This document shows, piece after piece, positions 1 through 9,119 of a stretch of DNA of 38,812 nt. Under the pieces are notes generated by a model. The model saw nothing but the letters and a program-made list of their open reading frames with translations, had not been told where the DNA came from and made no database searches. Origin of the DNA: an uncultured Victivallales bacterium (GTDB lineage: Bacteria > Verrucomicrobiota > Kiritimatiellia > UBA8416 > CAYSRM01); NCBI GenBank assembly GCA_964543205.1, contig CAZIXB010000002.1, forward strand, positions 1 through 38,812, given 5' to 3'. Within the stretch, counting starts at the first letter, position 1. The number at the start of each line of letters is the position of its first letter. The position numbers and the translations under genes were made by a program.

Positions 1-2
1 GC

Positions 3-1154
3 CTGACCAGCCTGTTCAACGACTGGTCAAGCGAGATGATATTTCCGCTTCTTCCAGCCTTCATGGCGCAGATACTCAACATCCCCAAGCCTTTGATCGG
101 CCTTATAGAGGGCGTTTCCAGAAGTCTGGCCTCTGTGCTCAAAGTATTCTCAGGCTACATATCAGATCGACTGGGACGAAGAAAGGCCCTGGCAGTCACC
201 GGCTATACTCTTTCAAATATAGTCAAACCTTTCCTTGCGCTTGCGCATAGCTGGGGGGCAGTACTGGCGGTTCGGGCAACGGACCGGTTGGGAAAAGGCA
301 TACGCACCGCCCCGCGGGATGCTCTGCTGGCATCTTCAACCGAGAAAACAAAGGAGAGAAGGGGCAAGTCATTCGGATTCCACCGGGCCATGGACACCGC
401 CGGGGCAATGCTCGGAACAATCTGCGCTTATCTTCTTCTGCGCCTTCTTCCCTGGGAACTTGAATTCAACTACCGGATGGTCTTCCTTCTGGCCGTGATC
501 CCCGGCGCCATCGGAGTAGCCTGCATAATCCTGGGCACAAGAGAAAAACCCGTTACCGGCTCACGCAAAAAACCTTCCCTTAACTGGCGTAAACTGCCGC
601 CAAACGTCCGCAAACTGGTTGTCGCCTCCGTAATTTTCGGCATCGGCAATTACACTTTTACCTTCTTCGTTCTGCGTATACTGGAGATGGGTATCTCCGA
701 GATAGTTGTCCCGCTTGTCTACCTGGCCTATAACATAATCTACATGGCAGCATCGATACCCGCCGGACAACTCTCGGACAGGATCGGCCGCAAGAAAGTC
801 CTTATGGCAGGGTTTGCGCTCTATGTTCTGACTGCCACAGGCTTCGCTCTTCTCGACAGCATGTTCATGGCATGGGTACTGATGGGTTTCTTCGGTCTTC
901 ACATGGCGCTGACCGACGCGACCGCAAGAGCCTTTGTCAGCGACCTCGCAAAAGAAGAAGTCAGGGGCACAGCCCTTGGCATCTACCACACAGGCGTCGG
1001 TGTAGCAGACCTTCCCGCCGGGCTTCTTGCCGGTTTCCTATGGGCACAATTTTCCTCAACTGCCACATTTCTCGTCGGGGCCGTGCTGGCGCTCGTCTCA
1101 ATCGCCGTGCTTGCAACAGTAAAAGAAAAATCGCCGACCGGGTTTGCTGATTAA
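3..1154 (+). CDS. MFS transporter, 5' end cut by the window edge
   Basis: The frame is open from base 3 (LTSLFNDWSSEMIFPLLPAF...), upstream of the first Met at 36. It has many hydrophobic TM-like segments. The MFS loop signature GYISDRLGRRK is repeated in the second half as GQLSDRIGRKK. Confidence 0.85.
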   Translation: MTSLFNDWSSEMIFPLLPAFMAQILNIPKPLIGLIEGVSRSLASVLKVFSGYISDRLGRRKALAVTGYTLSNIVKPFLALAHSWGAVLAVRATDRLGKGIRTAPRDALLASSTEKTKERRGKSFGFHRAMDTAGAMLGTICAYLLLRLLPWELEFNYRMVFLLAVIPGAIGVACIILGTREKPVTGSRKKPSLNWRKLPPNVRKLVVASVIFGIGNYTFTFFVLRILEMGISEIVVPLVYLAYNIIYMAASIPAGQLSDRIGRKKVLMAGFALYVLTATGFALLDSMFMAWVLMGFFGLHMALTDATARAFVSDLAKEEVRGTALGIYHTGVGVADLPAGLLAGFLWAQFSSTATFLVGAVLALVSIAVLATVKEKSPTGFAD

Positions 1155-1162
1155 AAGAAAAC

Positions 1163-1762
1163 ATGGCAAAAGAAAAAAAACGCACAGTCTTTGAGAAATC
1201 TTATTACAAAAGATTTTACATCAACCCCGAAACTCGGGCGGTTGATGAAGCAGACATAACCTTGCTAGTCAATCATATATGCAGCTATCTCCGCTATCTC
1301 AGAATACCCGTCAAATCAACAATCGACATGGGCTGCGGGCTCGGACTCTGGAAAAGGCCGCTGGAAAGACAGTTTCCAGGCATCAGATATACAGGAGTGG
1401 ATTCAAGCGCCGAACTCTGCAAACAGTACGGCTGGAAACGCGGCTCCCTGACTTCATATCGCGCAACGAAACAGTCCGACCTTGTTATCTGCCAGAGTGT
1501 GCTACAGTACCTGCCGGCAAAAGAGGTCAGGCCTGCAATCGCTAATCTCCACAGCCTCTGCAAGGGCGCAATGTACCTTGAGATTGTGACCCGCGAAGAC
1601 TGGGAGGAAAACTGCGATCAAACACGAACCGACGGCGATATTCACCTCCGCTCCGCCCTGTGGTACCGCCGCATAATCGAAAAACACTTCACCAATTGCG
1701 GCGGCGGCCTTTTTATCCCCGAAGACTCCACCACAGTCCTGTACGAACTTGAACACCTTTGA
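1163..1762 (+). CDS. class I SAM-dependent methyltransferase
   Basis: ATG at 1163 lies 8 nt after the MFS stop. Motif I is IDMGCGLGLW, followed by an acidic residue after beta-2 (YTGVDSS) and a post-I region DLVICQSVLQYL. Substrate unknown. Confidence 0.7.
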   Translation: MAKEKKRTVFEKSYYKRFYINPETRAVDEADITLLVNHICSYLRYLRIPVKSTIDMGCGLGLWKRPLERQFPGIRYTGVDSSAELCKQYGWKRGSLTSYRATKQSDLVICQSVLQYLPAKEVRPAIANLHSLCKGAMYLEIVTREDWEENCDQTRTDGDIHLRSALWYRRIIEKHFTNCGGGLFIPEDSTTVLYELEHL

Positions 1763-1867
1763 TGCGAAAAACCAGCCTCCGCAATACCATAAGGAATACC
1801 CATCAGAAACATGCGGAACAGTAGAAATCAAGGCCCCAAAAAACCAATTTTTCCTTATATATAGTGG

Positions 1868-1896
1868 TTGCATCTGTTATGACCACATGATATAGA
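1868..1896 (+). promoter_or_regulatory. sigma70-like extended -10 promoter for smc
   Basis: TTGCAT (1868-1873), a 17-nt spacer, then TGaTATAGA (TG at 1888-1889, -10 hexamer at 1891-1896). The -10 overlaps the ATG at 1896 of the long ORF. Confidence 0.45.
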
Positions 1897-1946
1897 TGTT
1901 CAAAATTCAAAAGTACCACCCCAAAAAAAAAAGAAAGGTTCTTACA

Positions 1947-4900
1947 GTGTTTCTCAAGACTCTGGAAATGATCGGTTTCAAGAGCTTCTCGGAAAGGACC
2001 GTGTTGCATTTTCAGCCCGGCATGACTGCCGTAGTCGGTCCAAACGGATGCGGCAAAAGCAATGTATCAGACGCAATTCGCTGGGTGCTGGGAGAACAAA
2101 GCGCTAAAGCTCTCCGCGGATCCAAAATGGAAGACTGCATTTTCAACGGCACGGATTCCAGGAAACCGCTTGGTATGGCGGAAGTGAGCATCACCTTCGC
2201 CGACTGCGAAAACACAATAGGAACTGACTATCACGAAATAACCATCACCCGCCGTGTATTCAAGTCCGGAGAAGGACAGTATTTCATAAATAAAACGCCA
2301 TGTAGATTGAAGGATATCCAGAGAACTTTCATGGATACAGGGATCGGCACCACATCCTATTCGGTGCTGGAACAAGGAAGAGTCGACCGGATCCTCAGTT
2401 CGCGGCCCGAAGATCGAAGAGCCGTTTTCGAGGAAGCCAGCGGTATAATGAAATACAAGGCCGACAAGAAAGAAGCAATCCGGAAACTCGAACAGACCGA
2501 AGCAAACCTCATCAGGCTCGCGGATGTTATACGCGAAGTAAAAAGACAGATAGGTTCGCTTCAGCGCCAGGCAGGCAAGGCGCGAAGATACAAGGCAATG
2601 CGAGAAGAACTGCGAAAACTCGATATCTTCCTGGCAATACGCCGCGCCGAAAAATTCGACAAAGAAATGGATATAATTAAAACACAACTGCTCGAAATCC
2701 AGCAGAACAGAACATCAATCCAGGACGAAATCAGGGAAATCGAAAAAGACACATCTTCAATAAGACAAAGCGTAATGCAGACCGAAAGAGAAATTGCCGA
2801 ATGCCACGAAAAAGAAGTGGAAGCACGTAGTTCATTGAAACATACCAGAGAATTGATTTCCATGAACCGGAACCGGATCGAGGAATACGCTGCGCTTTCC
2901 CACAGGGATCAACAGGAAATCCAGCGCGCCCAGAATGAAATATCCGAACTTAAACAAAGCCTTACGGGTTTGAAACAGAAGATCGAAGAGGCAACCGTCG
3001 GAAAAACCAACGCCGAACAGGCTGCGGACACAGCCAGGCAAAGTCTTGAAGAACATAATTCCAGGATGGAAAAACTCCAGCAGTTGCTGAAAACACTCCA
3101 GGGCCAGTCAATAGAAATGGAGAGCAGGCGTTCATCACTGGAGAACAGACGCACCGAACTGGAATCCCGAAAGTATTCAGAAGCCGCCCGGAAAGAAAGG
3201 CTCTTCGCCGAACAGGCACAGCTTCAGAAAGTCCTTGATTCCTATATGGCCCGGCAAGATGAAACATCAGAGGCGCTGGCCAAGGCCGAAGAAGAATCTG
3301 CCAGGCATGAGTCCGAATTATCCGAACTGAAAGACCGGCTCCGCTCAGCTTCATCACGAACATTGGAAATTCAACGGCATATTTCTTCGCTGCGGGAAAA
3401 CATAACATCCGTTAAAGCTCGTAAAGAAATGCTCCAGGAATCACTCCAGATGGATTCGCCGCTTGCCGATGATAATAAACCGGGAACAAACGGAATCATC
3501 GGCAAACTGATCTCCTATATCAGTGTTGCAGAGGGCTACGAGACCGCCCTGCAGGCAGCCCTTTCATCCTGGATCAATGCAGCGCTTGTGGAAAACTGCC
3601 AAACAGCCGTTTCGCTGGCGCAACAACTCAATACTGAAAAAAAAGCTCCCGCCCGACTAATCGCAGTAGACGGCTATAGTACGCCCATTTCCAACCGCAA
3701 GCTGCCTTTCGACCAGCTCGCGGAATACGTCAAGTGCCCGGACAACATAAAGCCCGTAATAAAACGCCTCCTCGCGGATTTATACATTATAAATTCATTG
3801 GACGAAATTCCCTCCGACCATCCACCCGGAATCCGTTTCGTGACGCCAGATGGATTGATGGCGCATCCCGACGGACGCATATTTGTTTTCGCAGAAACAG
3901 AAGAAACAGCAGCAGTCCGCAGAAAACGAGAACTTGAAAAAACACTTGAAAAAACAGCGCAGCTTTCTTCAAGACTCAAAGTTCTGCAAGCAGATTTTTC
4001 CGCGGCTTCCGCCGAACAGAAACAACTCGAAGCCGGAATCGAGAGCAAAACCCGCGAATACAACGAGAAACACCACGAACTTGCTGTAAAGCAGGGCGAA
4101 TACCAGGTGGTTTCATCAGAAGCCGAACAGGCCGGCAAACGTCTCAACACCGTCACATGGGAAATAAATTCACTTGCCGGGGATGATGCCTCCGGCGAAA
4201 CAGATGATGCCGAGACGATCTCACAGCAGATTTCAGAAATGGAAGAAACCCGCTGTAAACTCTCTGCTTCAATAGCCGAACGCACAACAGAACTGCACAA
4301 CATGCAGAACGCCCAGGCTCAACTCCAGTCAGTTCTGACCGAAAAACGCATCGCGTCAGCGCAAGCTTCACAGAAACTCGACATGCTCCAGAACCAGAAA
4401 ACAGTAACAGACAAGCGCATAAACGAATTGCAAAACCTGGCGGAAGAAAGAACCCGTAATGCCTCGAGCTACTCCGATTCCATCAATAACCTCCGCCGAT
4501 CAATTGACGGCGCACAAAACACAATCGCAAAATTCGAAAAAGCCGCCGCAGATAACGCACAGAAAGCCGAGAGCCTTAAAGCAAATCTTGAACAACAGAA
4601 CAACCAACTCGCGAGCCTTGAAGATGCAGTCTCTGAAAAAAGAACTCTGCTCGATGAACTCCGGGAAACAAAAGGAGAGCTAGACCTTAAATACAACCAG
4701 GCATCAATGAAAAAGCAGAACGGCTTCGAAAAAGTCTGCGGGGATTATAATATATCCGAAGAAGCGCTCATGGCAGAACCTGAACCTGACTGGGAAGGAG
4801 AAAAACCTTCGGAAGAAACCGCTGAAACCCGAACTACAGAACTTCGTACCAAGCTGGAAGCCATGGGGCCTGTCAACCTCGTAGCCATAGAAGAATACGA

Positions 4901-5510
4901 GGAGTTGAAAGAACGATACTCCTTCCTCACGAAACAGGAAAACGACCTGACGGAAGCAAAGGATCAGCTTCTTAAAGTAATAAGAGAAATCAACAAAACA
5001 AGTTCCGATATGTTCCGGTCGACTTTCGAACAGGTTAACTCCAATTTCCAGAAAATGTTCAAACAGCTATTCAAAGGGGGGTCAGCTAAACTGGTCCTCG
5101 TAAACGAGGAAGATGTTCTTGAATGCGGCATTGAAATCATCGCCCGGCCTCCAGGCAAACGACTGCAGAACATTACCTTGCTCTCCGGCGGCGAAAAAAC
5201 CCTGACTGCTGTTGCCCTGCTTTTCGCCATTTATATGATCAAACCAAGCCCGTTCTGCCTGCTTGACGAACTTGACGCTGCCCTTGACGAGTCCAATATC
5301 GGCAGGTTTGTGGGAATACTGAAAAATTTCCTTTCCCAGTCACAGTTCGTGGTGATAACACACAACCGAACAACTATAGCTGCCGCAGATACAATATACG
5401 GAGTGACGATGCCGGAAAAAGGGGTGTCCAGGATCGTATCGATGCGCTTTAAAGACCACGAAAAAAATCCGGCCCCCGAAGAAAAAGAAGAAGCGGGAAT
5501 CGAAACCTGA
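1947..5510 (+). CDS. smc: chromosome segregation ATPase SMC
   Basis: Walker A GPNGCGKSN, a long heptad-rich coiled coil, a hinge (GIIGKLISYISVAEGYETALQAAL), the ABC signature LSGGEKTLTAVAL and Walker B LLDELDAALD. The ORF-track start is ATG 1896. I prefer GTG 1947 (VFLKTLEMIGFKSF, the canonical SMC N-terminus), which is preceded by AAGAAAGG at 1931-1938 and lies downstream of the candidate promoter. Confidence 0.95.
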   Translation: MFLKTLEMIGFKSFSERTVLHFQPGMTAVVGPNGCGKSNVSDAIRWVLGEQSAKALRGSKMEDCIFNGTDSRKPLGMAEVSITFADCENTIGTDYHEITITRRVFKSGEGQYFINKTPCRLKDIQRTFMDTGIGTTSYSVLEQGRVDRILSSRPEDRRAVFEEASGIMKYKADKKEAIRKLEQTEANLIRLADVIREVKRQIGSLQRQAGKARRYKAMREELRKLDIFLAIRRAEKFDKEMDIIKTQLLEIQQNRTSIQDEIREIEKDTSSIRQSVMQTEREIAECHEKEVEARSSLKHTRELISMNRNRIEEYAALSHRDQQEIQRAQNEISELKQSLTGLKQKIEEATVGKTNAEQAADTARQSLEEHNSRMEKLQQLLKTLQGQSIEMESRRSSLENRRTELESRKYSEAARKERLFAEQAQLQKVLDSYMARQDETSEALAKAEEESARHESELSELKDRLRSASSRTLEIQRHISSLRENITSVKARKEMLQESLQMDSPLADDNKPGTNGIIGKLISYISVAEGYETALQAALSSWINAALVENCQTAVSLAQQLNTEKKAPARLIAVDGYSTPISNRKLPFDQLAEYVKCPDNIKPVIKRLLADLYIINSLDEIPSDHPPGIRFVTPDGLMAHPDGRIFVFAETEETAAVRRKRELEKTLEKTAQLSSRLKVLQADFSAASAEQKQLEAGIESKTREYNEKHHELAVKQGEYQVVSSEAEQAGKRLNTVTWEINSLAGDDASGETDDAETISQQISEMEETRCKLSASIAERTTELHNMQNAQAQLQSVLTEKRIASAQASQKLDMLQNQKTVTDKRINELQNLAEERTRNASSYSDSINNLRRSIDGAQNTIAKFEKAAADNAQKAESLKANLEQQNNQLASLEDAVSEKRTLLDELRETKGELDLKYNQASMKKQNGFEKVCGDYNISEEALMAEPEPDWEGEKPSEETAETRTTELRTKLEAMGPVNLVAIEEYEELKERYSFLTKQENDLTEAKDQLLKVIREINKTSSDMFRSTFEQVNSNFQKMFKQLFKGGSAKLVLVNEEDVLECGIEIIARPPGKRLQNITLLSGGEKTLTAVALLFAIYMIKPSPFCLLDELDAALDESNIGRFVGILKNFLSQSQFVVITHNRTTIAAADTIYGVTMPEKGVSRIVSMRFKDHEKNPAPEEKEEAGIET

Positions 5511-5538
5511 ACCCGCCAGAAAATAAAAGGATCTCGTA

Positions 5539-6360
5539 ATGACTGACACATCGAAACTTCTTGATTGCGCGATTGAAACAGCTCAGGCTGCCGGCCGCCA
5601 TGCAGCTTCAAACTGCAGCAGAAGAGCAAATACTGTTCTAAGAACTTCGCATGATGTCAAGCTCGAGCTAGATCTCGAATGCCAGAAAATCGCCGCCGGT
5701 ATTATCAGCGAAACATTTCCGGATCATTCGTTCCTTGGCGAAGAAAACACAGGACATAACGCCAGCAAAGACTCACGATTTCTCTGGGTCGTTGACCCCA
5801 TAGACGGAACTGTGAATTTTTCACACGGCTTCCCTTTCTGGTGCAGCTCAGTAGCCGTGCAAGACAGAAAGGGCAATACCATTGCCGCAGCAGTATTCGC
5901 GCCCCATACAGACGAACTCTACACGGCTTCCCTGGATGAACAGGCGAAACTCAACGGCTCGACCATCTCAGTGTCCAAAACCTCGCAAATGACTGATGCA
6001 ATGATTCTTACCGGCCTGGACCAGGATATAGTCAGCAACCTGCCCCCCATGTATTTTGCAAAAACCATAGCCTTGGCTTCGCAGAAAGTGCGCGTGGCAG
6101 GCGCCGCCGCCCTTGACCTTTGCAGAGTCGCTGCAGGACAATCCGACGGCTACTTTGAAGCTGGAATCTTTACATGGGACATAGCGGCAGGAGGCCTGAT
6201 CGTGGAAAAAGCGGGCGGCAAATCAGAAATGCTTGCGAAAATAAGCAACCAGCCCCATAGAAAAGCATTCATGGCCACCAACGGCAGAATACATGAGATG
6301 CTCAAATCAATTCTCAAAGATGGAATAGCCTCTATTCAAGGTTCGAAAGATCAGCATTGA
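5539..6360 (+). CDS. suhB: inositol monophosphatase family protein (SuhB-like)
   Basis: Motifs FLGEE and WVVDPIDGTVNFSHGFPFW, plus a C-terminal WDIAAG. SD AAAGGA sits 7 nt upstream of ATG 5539. Confidence 0.85.
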   Translation: MTDTSKLLDCAIETAQAAGRHAASNCSRRANTVLRTSHDVKLELDLECQKIAAGIISETFPDHSFLGEENTGHNASKDSRFLWVVDPIDGTVNFSHGFPFWCSSVAVQDRKGNTIAAAVFAPHTDELYTASLDEQAKLNGSTISVSKTSQMTDAMILTGLDQDIVSNLPPMYFAKTIALASQKVRVAGAAALDLCRVAAGQSDGYFEAGIFTWDIAAGGLIVEKAGGKSEMLAKISNQPHRKAFMATNGRIHEMLKSILKDGIASIQGSKDQH

Positions 6361-6781
6361 CCCCTTCGCCGCCCGGGCGACCGTCCGCACCGTAACTTAT
6401 AATCTCATACGAATGGCCATCTGGACCTGGAACAAGATACGCATACTCGTTTCCCCACGGATCCTTAGGCACATTAGCGCTCCTTAGATACCCGCCGGGG
6501 GGATAATCCGATGGCGCCGGTTCCGCTTCAGGCCGCCTGCACAAAGCTTCCAGGCCCTGCCGCTGGGTAGGCGGAGCGCCATGATTCATGGTATAGTGAT
6601 CAACAGCGTTGGCAAGCATCTCAATTTGCGCCCTCGCTGCAGCGACTTTTGCTTTTGCGGGCTCCTGGCCCACGCGCACTGCAACAATGGTTGCAAGAAT
6701 GCTTATTATAACAATCACGGCAAGAACCTCCAGAAAAGTGAAGCCTTCTCCGGCAGGCCGCTCAAAGAAAAATTTTTTCAT
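6332..6781 (-). CDS. gspG: type II secretion major pseudopilin GspG-like protein
   Basis: Prepilin cleavage/methylation motif G|FTFLEVLAVIVIISILATIV. GspG body motifs are QIEMLANAVDHY, GLEAL and PKDPWGNEYAYLVPG...YGADGRPGG. The ATG at 6781 overlaps the polB stop (ATGA). Confidence 0.85.
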   Translation of the reverse strand: MKKFFFERPAGEGFTFLEVLAVIVIISILATIVAVRVGQEPAKAKVAAARAQIEMLANAVDHYTMNHGAPPTQRQGLEALCRRPEAEPAPSDYPPGGYLRSANVPKDPWGNEYAYLVPGPDGHSYEIISYGADGRPGGEGVNADLSNLE

Positions 6782-9093
6782 AATTCAAACTCCTTTTGTC
6801 GATCTTCAAACATGAATTTTCCGGCAAGCGAGTCAAGCTTGGCAATATAAAAATCCACATTCTCGTCCCTGCACCCTTCCTCAGCCTCGCCAACAAGCTT
6901 AGCCGCCTCATGCACAGCTACGTTTTTCTTCGTCCCTGTCACATAGTACGAAACCTGATCGCCCGCCCTGTATTCTCTGTCCGAACGCAAAGCAAGCTCA
7001 TAAGCTGCGGCTCTGCCCCGTTTACCCTTTTCCACCTTGTTCCTGTAAACCGACGGAGAGTCCCGGAGCATTTCAGTCTTTGCAAGCCTTTCAATCGGCC
7101 AGCGGCTCTCACGTATTGCGGATTCATATTCCTTCTTCAAAGCCGGCACCATCTGTTCCTTGTCTTCCAACAACAATCGTATGGCATCCTTCATGAAATC
7201 CCTCTGAAATGGCTCAAGTCCGCGAGACCTGAGGGCGCCGCCCTTGATTATAACCTCGCCATCGTAAGTCAGAAGCGCATAGTTTTTCATCTTGTAACTG
7301 AACATGCCCTTATATTCACCGTCGAATTCTACTTCAATTCCTTCGGGAAGCCATTTGTGAAACTCCCCTCGAAAGCGCTCTTTTTTCTCCTTGCCCATAT
7401 CCTCAGAACCGCCTGGCGGCACAAAGTAGATTCCGTCGGTATCGATTTCTACAGGCTTCGCGCCGCGACTTCTCATCCATTCTATCATGGATTGGAGAAG
7501 CTCGCGCCCCTCGCGTGTAACTCGAGCAGCCGCATCGTAGTCGTTGAAATGACCCTGCGAAAAACCAAGATAGCCATAAAATGAATTTATAAGAATTTTA
7601 AAAGCCGATTGCGCAGCATCCCAGTAACCGGCTTCGGAACCTGTTTCCGCCCGGCGGGCCATGTCTTTGGCTTTGAATCTCACATCTTTCAAGGCCTTCA
7701 GCATACGGAGAAAAACACCAAGTTTATCGCTGCGAGGACCGATCCCCCTGGTCAACATCAAGGAAGGATAAAGAGAACGGACATCACAGTGGTGAACGTT
7801 GTGAACAACACCCTTTACAAAAACATCAGTGTAACCGCCCTCAAATTTCCTGGCTGTATCCTGCAGAGATATTGCCCGGTCTGCAGCCATATATTCACGG
7901 AGCATCAAAGAATCAATTTTTGTGGCATTGCCCCTTACACAGACATTCTGATAACTGTATGGCAGGAGACCCGCCTGGACAAAATTACTCCTTGAAAGCA
8001 AGGCTGCAAGAGCGCCGGTCTCATAAACGTCGTCAAGAACATACTTGAGTATAAGGTCCGGGTCATCCTTGAATACAGCGCTGATCCGGCTTCCTTCTAT
8101 ATAAGTCCTCCCTTCAGGAGAGAGACCGAAATGCGAAGCCGCATCCTTCAAGCCGTATCCACCCAGCGCCCTGCTTGTTACATCATAAGCGTGAACAAGA
8201 AAAAGCGTATCAACTATGTGCCGTCCGAAAATCTCACAGCGCTCATAAGACAGCGCCCGCTCTGCAACATTAAAGCGGCTTGGCCTGAAATACGGCGCGC
8301 TCCCGTCCCTTCCAATCAAAAGCGGGACGCCGTTTCTCTTTGCCCTTTTCTTTATATAGGGCAAATCAAAGTTGAAAATGTTGTGACCCTCTATAACGTC
8401 AGGATCTCTCTCTACTATCAGTTCAACCATCCGGCGGAGCATTGCAGCTTCATCCATCTCAACAATTGAGAGCGCCTGTTTCCACCCGGAGCTGTCCGCA
8501 AGGCCTATGGCAATGATTTGATCCTCTTCCCTGTCCGCATTGCAAAATTCGAAACCCTCGGCAGTGGCGCATTCAATGTCAATCTGAAGCCTTTTAACAT
8601 CACTGAAATCCAGGCCCCCGAATAAAGTCAAACCTGTATCCATTAGATAAAGCTGCACTGGATCGGAAATCCACAGGTAAGGAGAGCCGGGCGCCGAGGA
8701 AGAAAAACCGGTAGAAGCGGCGAGCCACTTCCGGGCGCTGACACAATCTTTCCAGTTTGCAAAGTAAACCCTGGTATTGAGCGGGGCATCCCCCTCCATG
8801 GACCGGCGCTCATGCTCAACAGGCATCCCTGAAAGAACCTTATCAGAAACAATCATAAACGGACGGAAAGAAACCTCGCTGGTAACAACACGTTCCCCTT
8901 CCCTCACAAAAAGAACCAGATGATCGCCACCGCCACCTTTCCCCTGCACATATTCAACGGCAACAACACCATCCCGGCAAAACCGGCCGGCCAGCAAAGA
9001 CTCCGCCATAGAGCCGTAACCTTCGGCTATGTTTTCCGCATTGCCCGCTGTCATGTTGCCGGCAGTCCCGGCATCAAAAGCATCTTCCACCAT
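6778..9093 (-). CDS. polB: family B DNA polymerase with 3'-5' exonuclease domain
   Basis: Exo I QIDIECA, Exo II HNIFNFDLPYI, Exo III YVLDDVYET. Pol motif A CDVRSLYPSLM, motif B KILINSFYGYLG, motif C VEIDTDGIYF, and KxY as KMKNYAL. The ORF-track start at 9111 is TTG. ATG 9093 is preceded by AAGGA with a 7-nt spacer, so I prefer it. Confidence 0.9.
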   Translation of the reverse strand: MVEDAFDAGTAGNMTAGNAENIAEGYGSMAESLLAGRFCRDGVVAVEYVQGKGGGGDHLVLFVREGERVVTSEVSFRPFMIVSDKVLSGMPVEHERRSMEGDAPLNTRVYFANWKDCVSARKWLAASTGFSSSAPGSPYLWISDPVQLYLMDTGLTLFGGLDFSDVKRLQIDIECATAEGFEFCNADREEDQIIAIGLADSSGWKQALSIVEMDEAAMLRRMVELIVERDPDVIEGHNIFNFDLPYIKKRAKRNGVPLLIGRDGSAPYFRPSRFNVAERALSYERCEIFGRHIVDTLFLVHAYDVTSRALGGYGLKDAASHFGLSPEGRTYIEGSRISAVFKDDPDLILKYVLDDVYETGALAALLSRSNFVQAGLLPYSYQNVCVRGNATKIDSLMLREYMAADRAISLQDTARKFEGGYTDVFVKGVVHNVHHCDVRSLYPSLMLTRGIGPRSDKLGVFLRMLKALKDVRFKAKDMARRAETGSEAGYWDAAQSAFKILINSFYGYLGFSQGHFNDYDAAARVTREGRELLQSMIEWMRSRGAKPVEIDTDGIYFVPPGGSEDMGKEKKERFRGEFHKWLPEGIEVEFDGEYKGMFSYKMKNYALLTYDGEVIIKGGALRSRGLEPFQRDFMKDAIRLLLEDKEQMVPALKKEYESAIRESRWPIERLAKTEMLRDSPSVYRNKVEKGKRGRAAAYELALRSDREYRAGDQVSYYVTGTKKNVAVHEAAKLVGEAEEGCRDENVDFYIAKLDSLAGKFMFEDRQKEFEL

Positions 9094-9119
9094 AAGTGTT
9101 TCCTTATTCAATATGCGGG

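Noticed and set aside
1923-1932. A10 homopolymer just upstream of the smc ribosome-binding site, considered as a possible phase-variation tract.
   Set aside because: It lies in the 5' UTR of an essential housekeeping gene, not in a coding frame or promoter spacer. A length change would not shift a frame, and nothing in the sequence shows heterogeneity.
6796-7584. Long antisense ORFs opposite well-supported genes. Examples: 6796-7584 (+, 262 aa, opposite polB), 23100-23726 (+, opposite fabH), 22580-23128 (+), 29274-29954 (-, opposite the 5S::BCCP gene), and 2067-2687 and 3674-4303 (-, opposite smc).
   Set aside because: Each lies entirely within a gene whose product carries unmistakable family motifs. 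Their translations are low-complexity (Ser/Arg/Pro/Cys-rich), have no recognisable motifs and lack SD sequences. These are typical shadow ORFs of the opposite frame.
6778-9111. PolB as the marker of a self-synthesising mobile element (casposon or pipolin).
   Set aside because: There is no Cas1, integrase, terminal inverted repeat or flanking direct repeat nearby. The gene is embedded between lptD and gspG with 8-nt and -4-nt junctions. It also has a canonical KxY (KNY) motif rather than the pipolin-type substitution.
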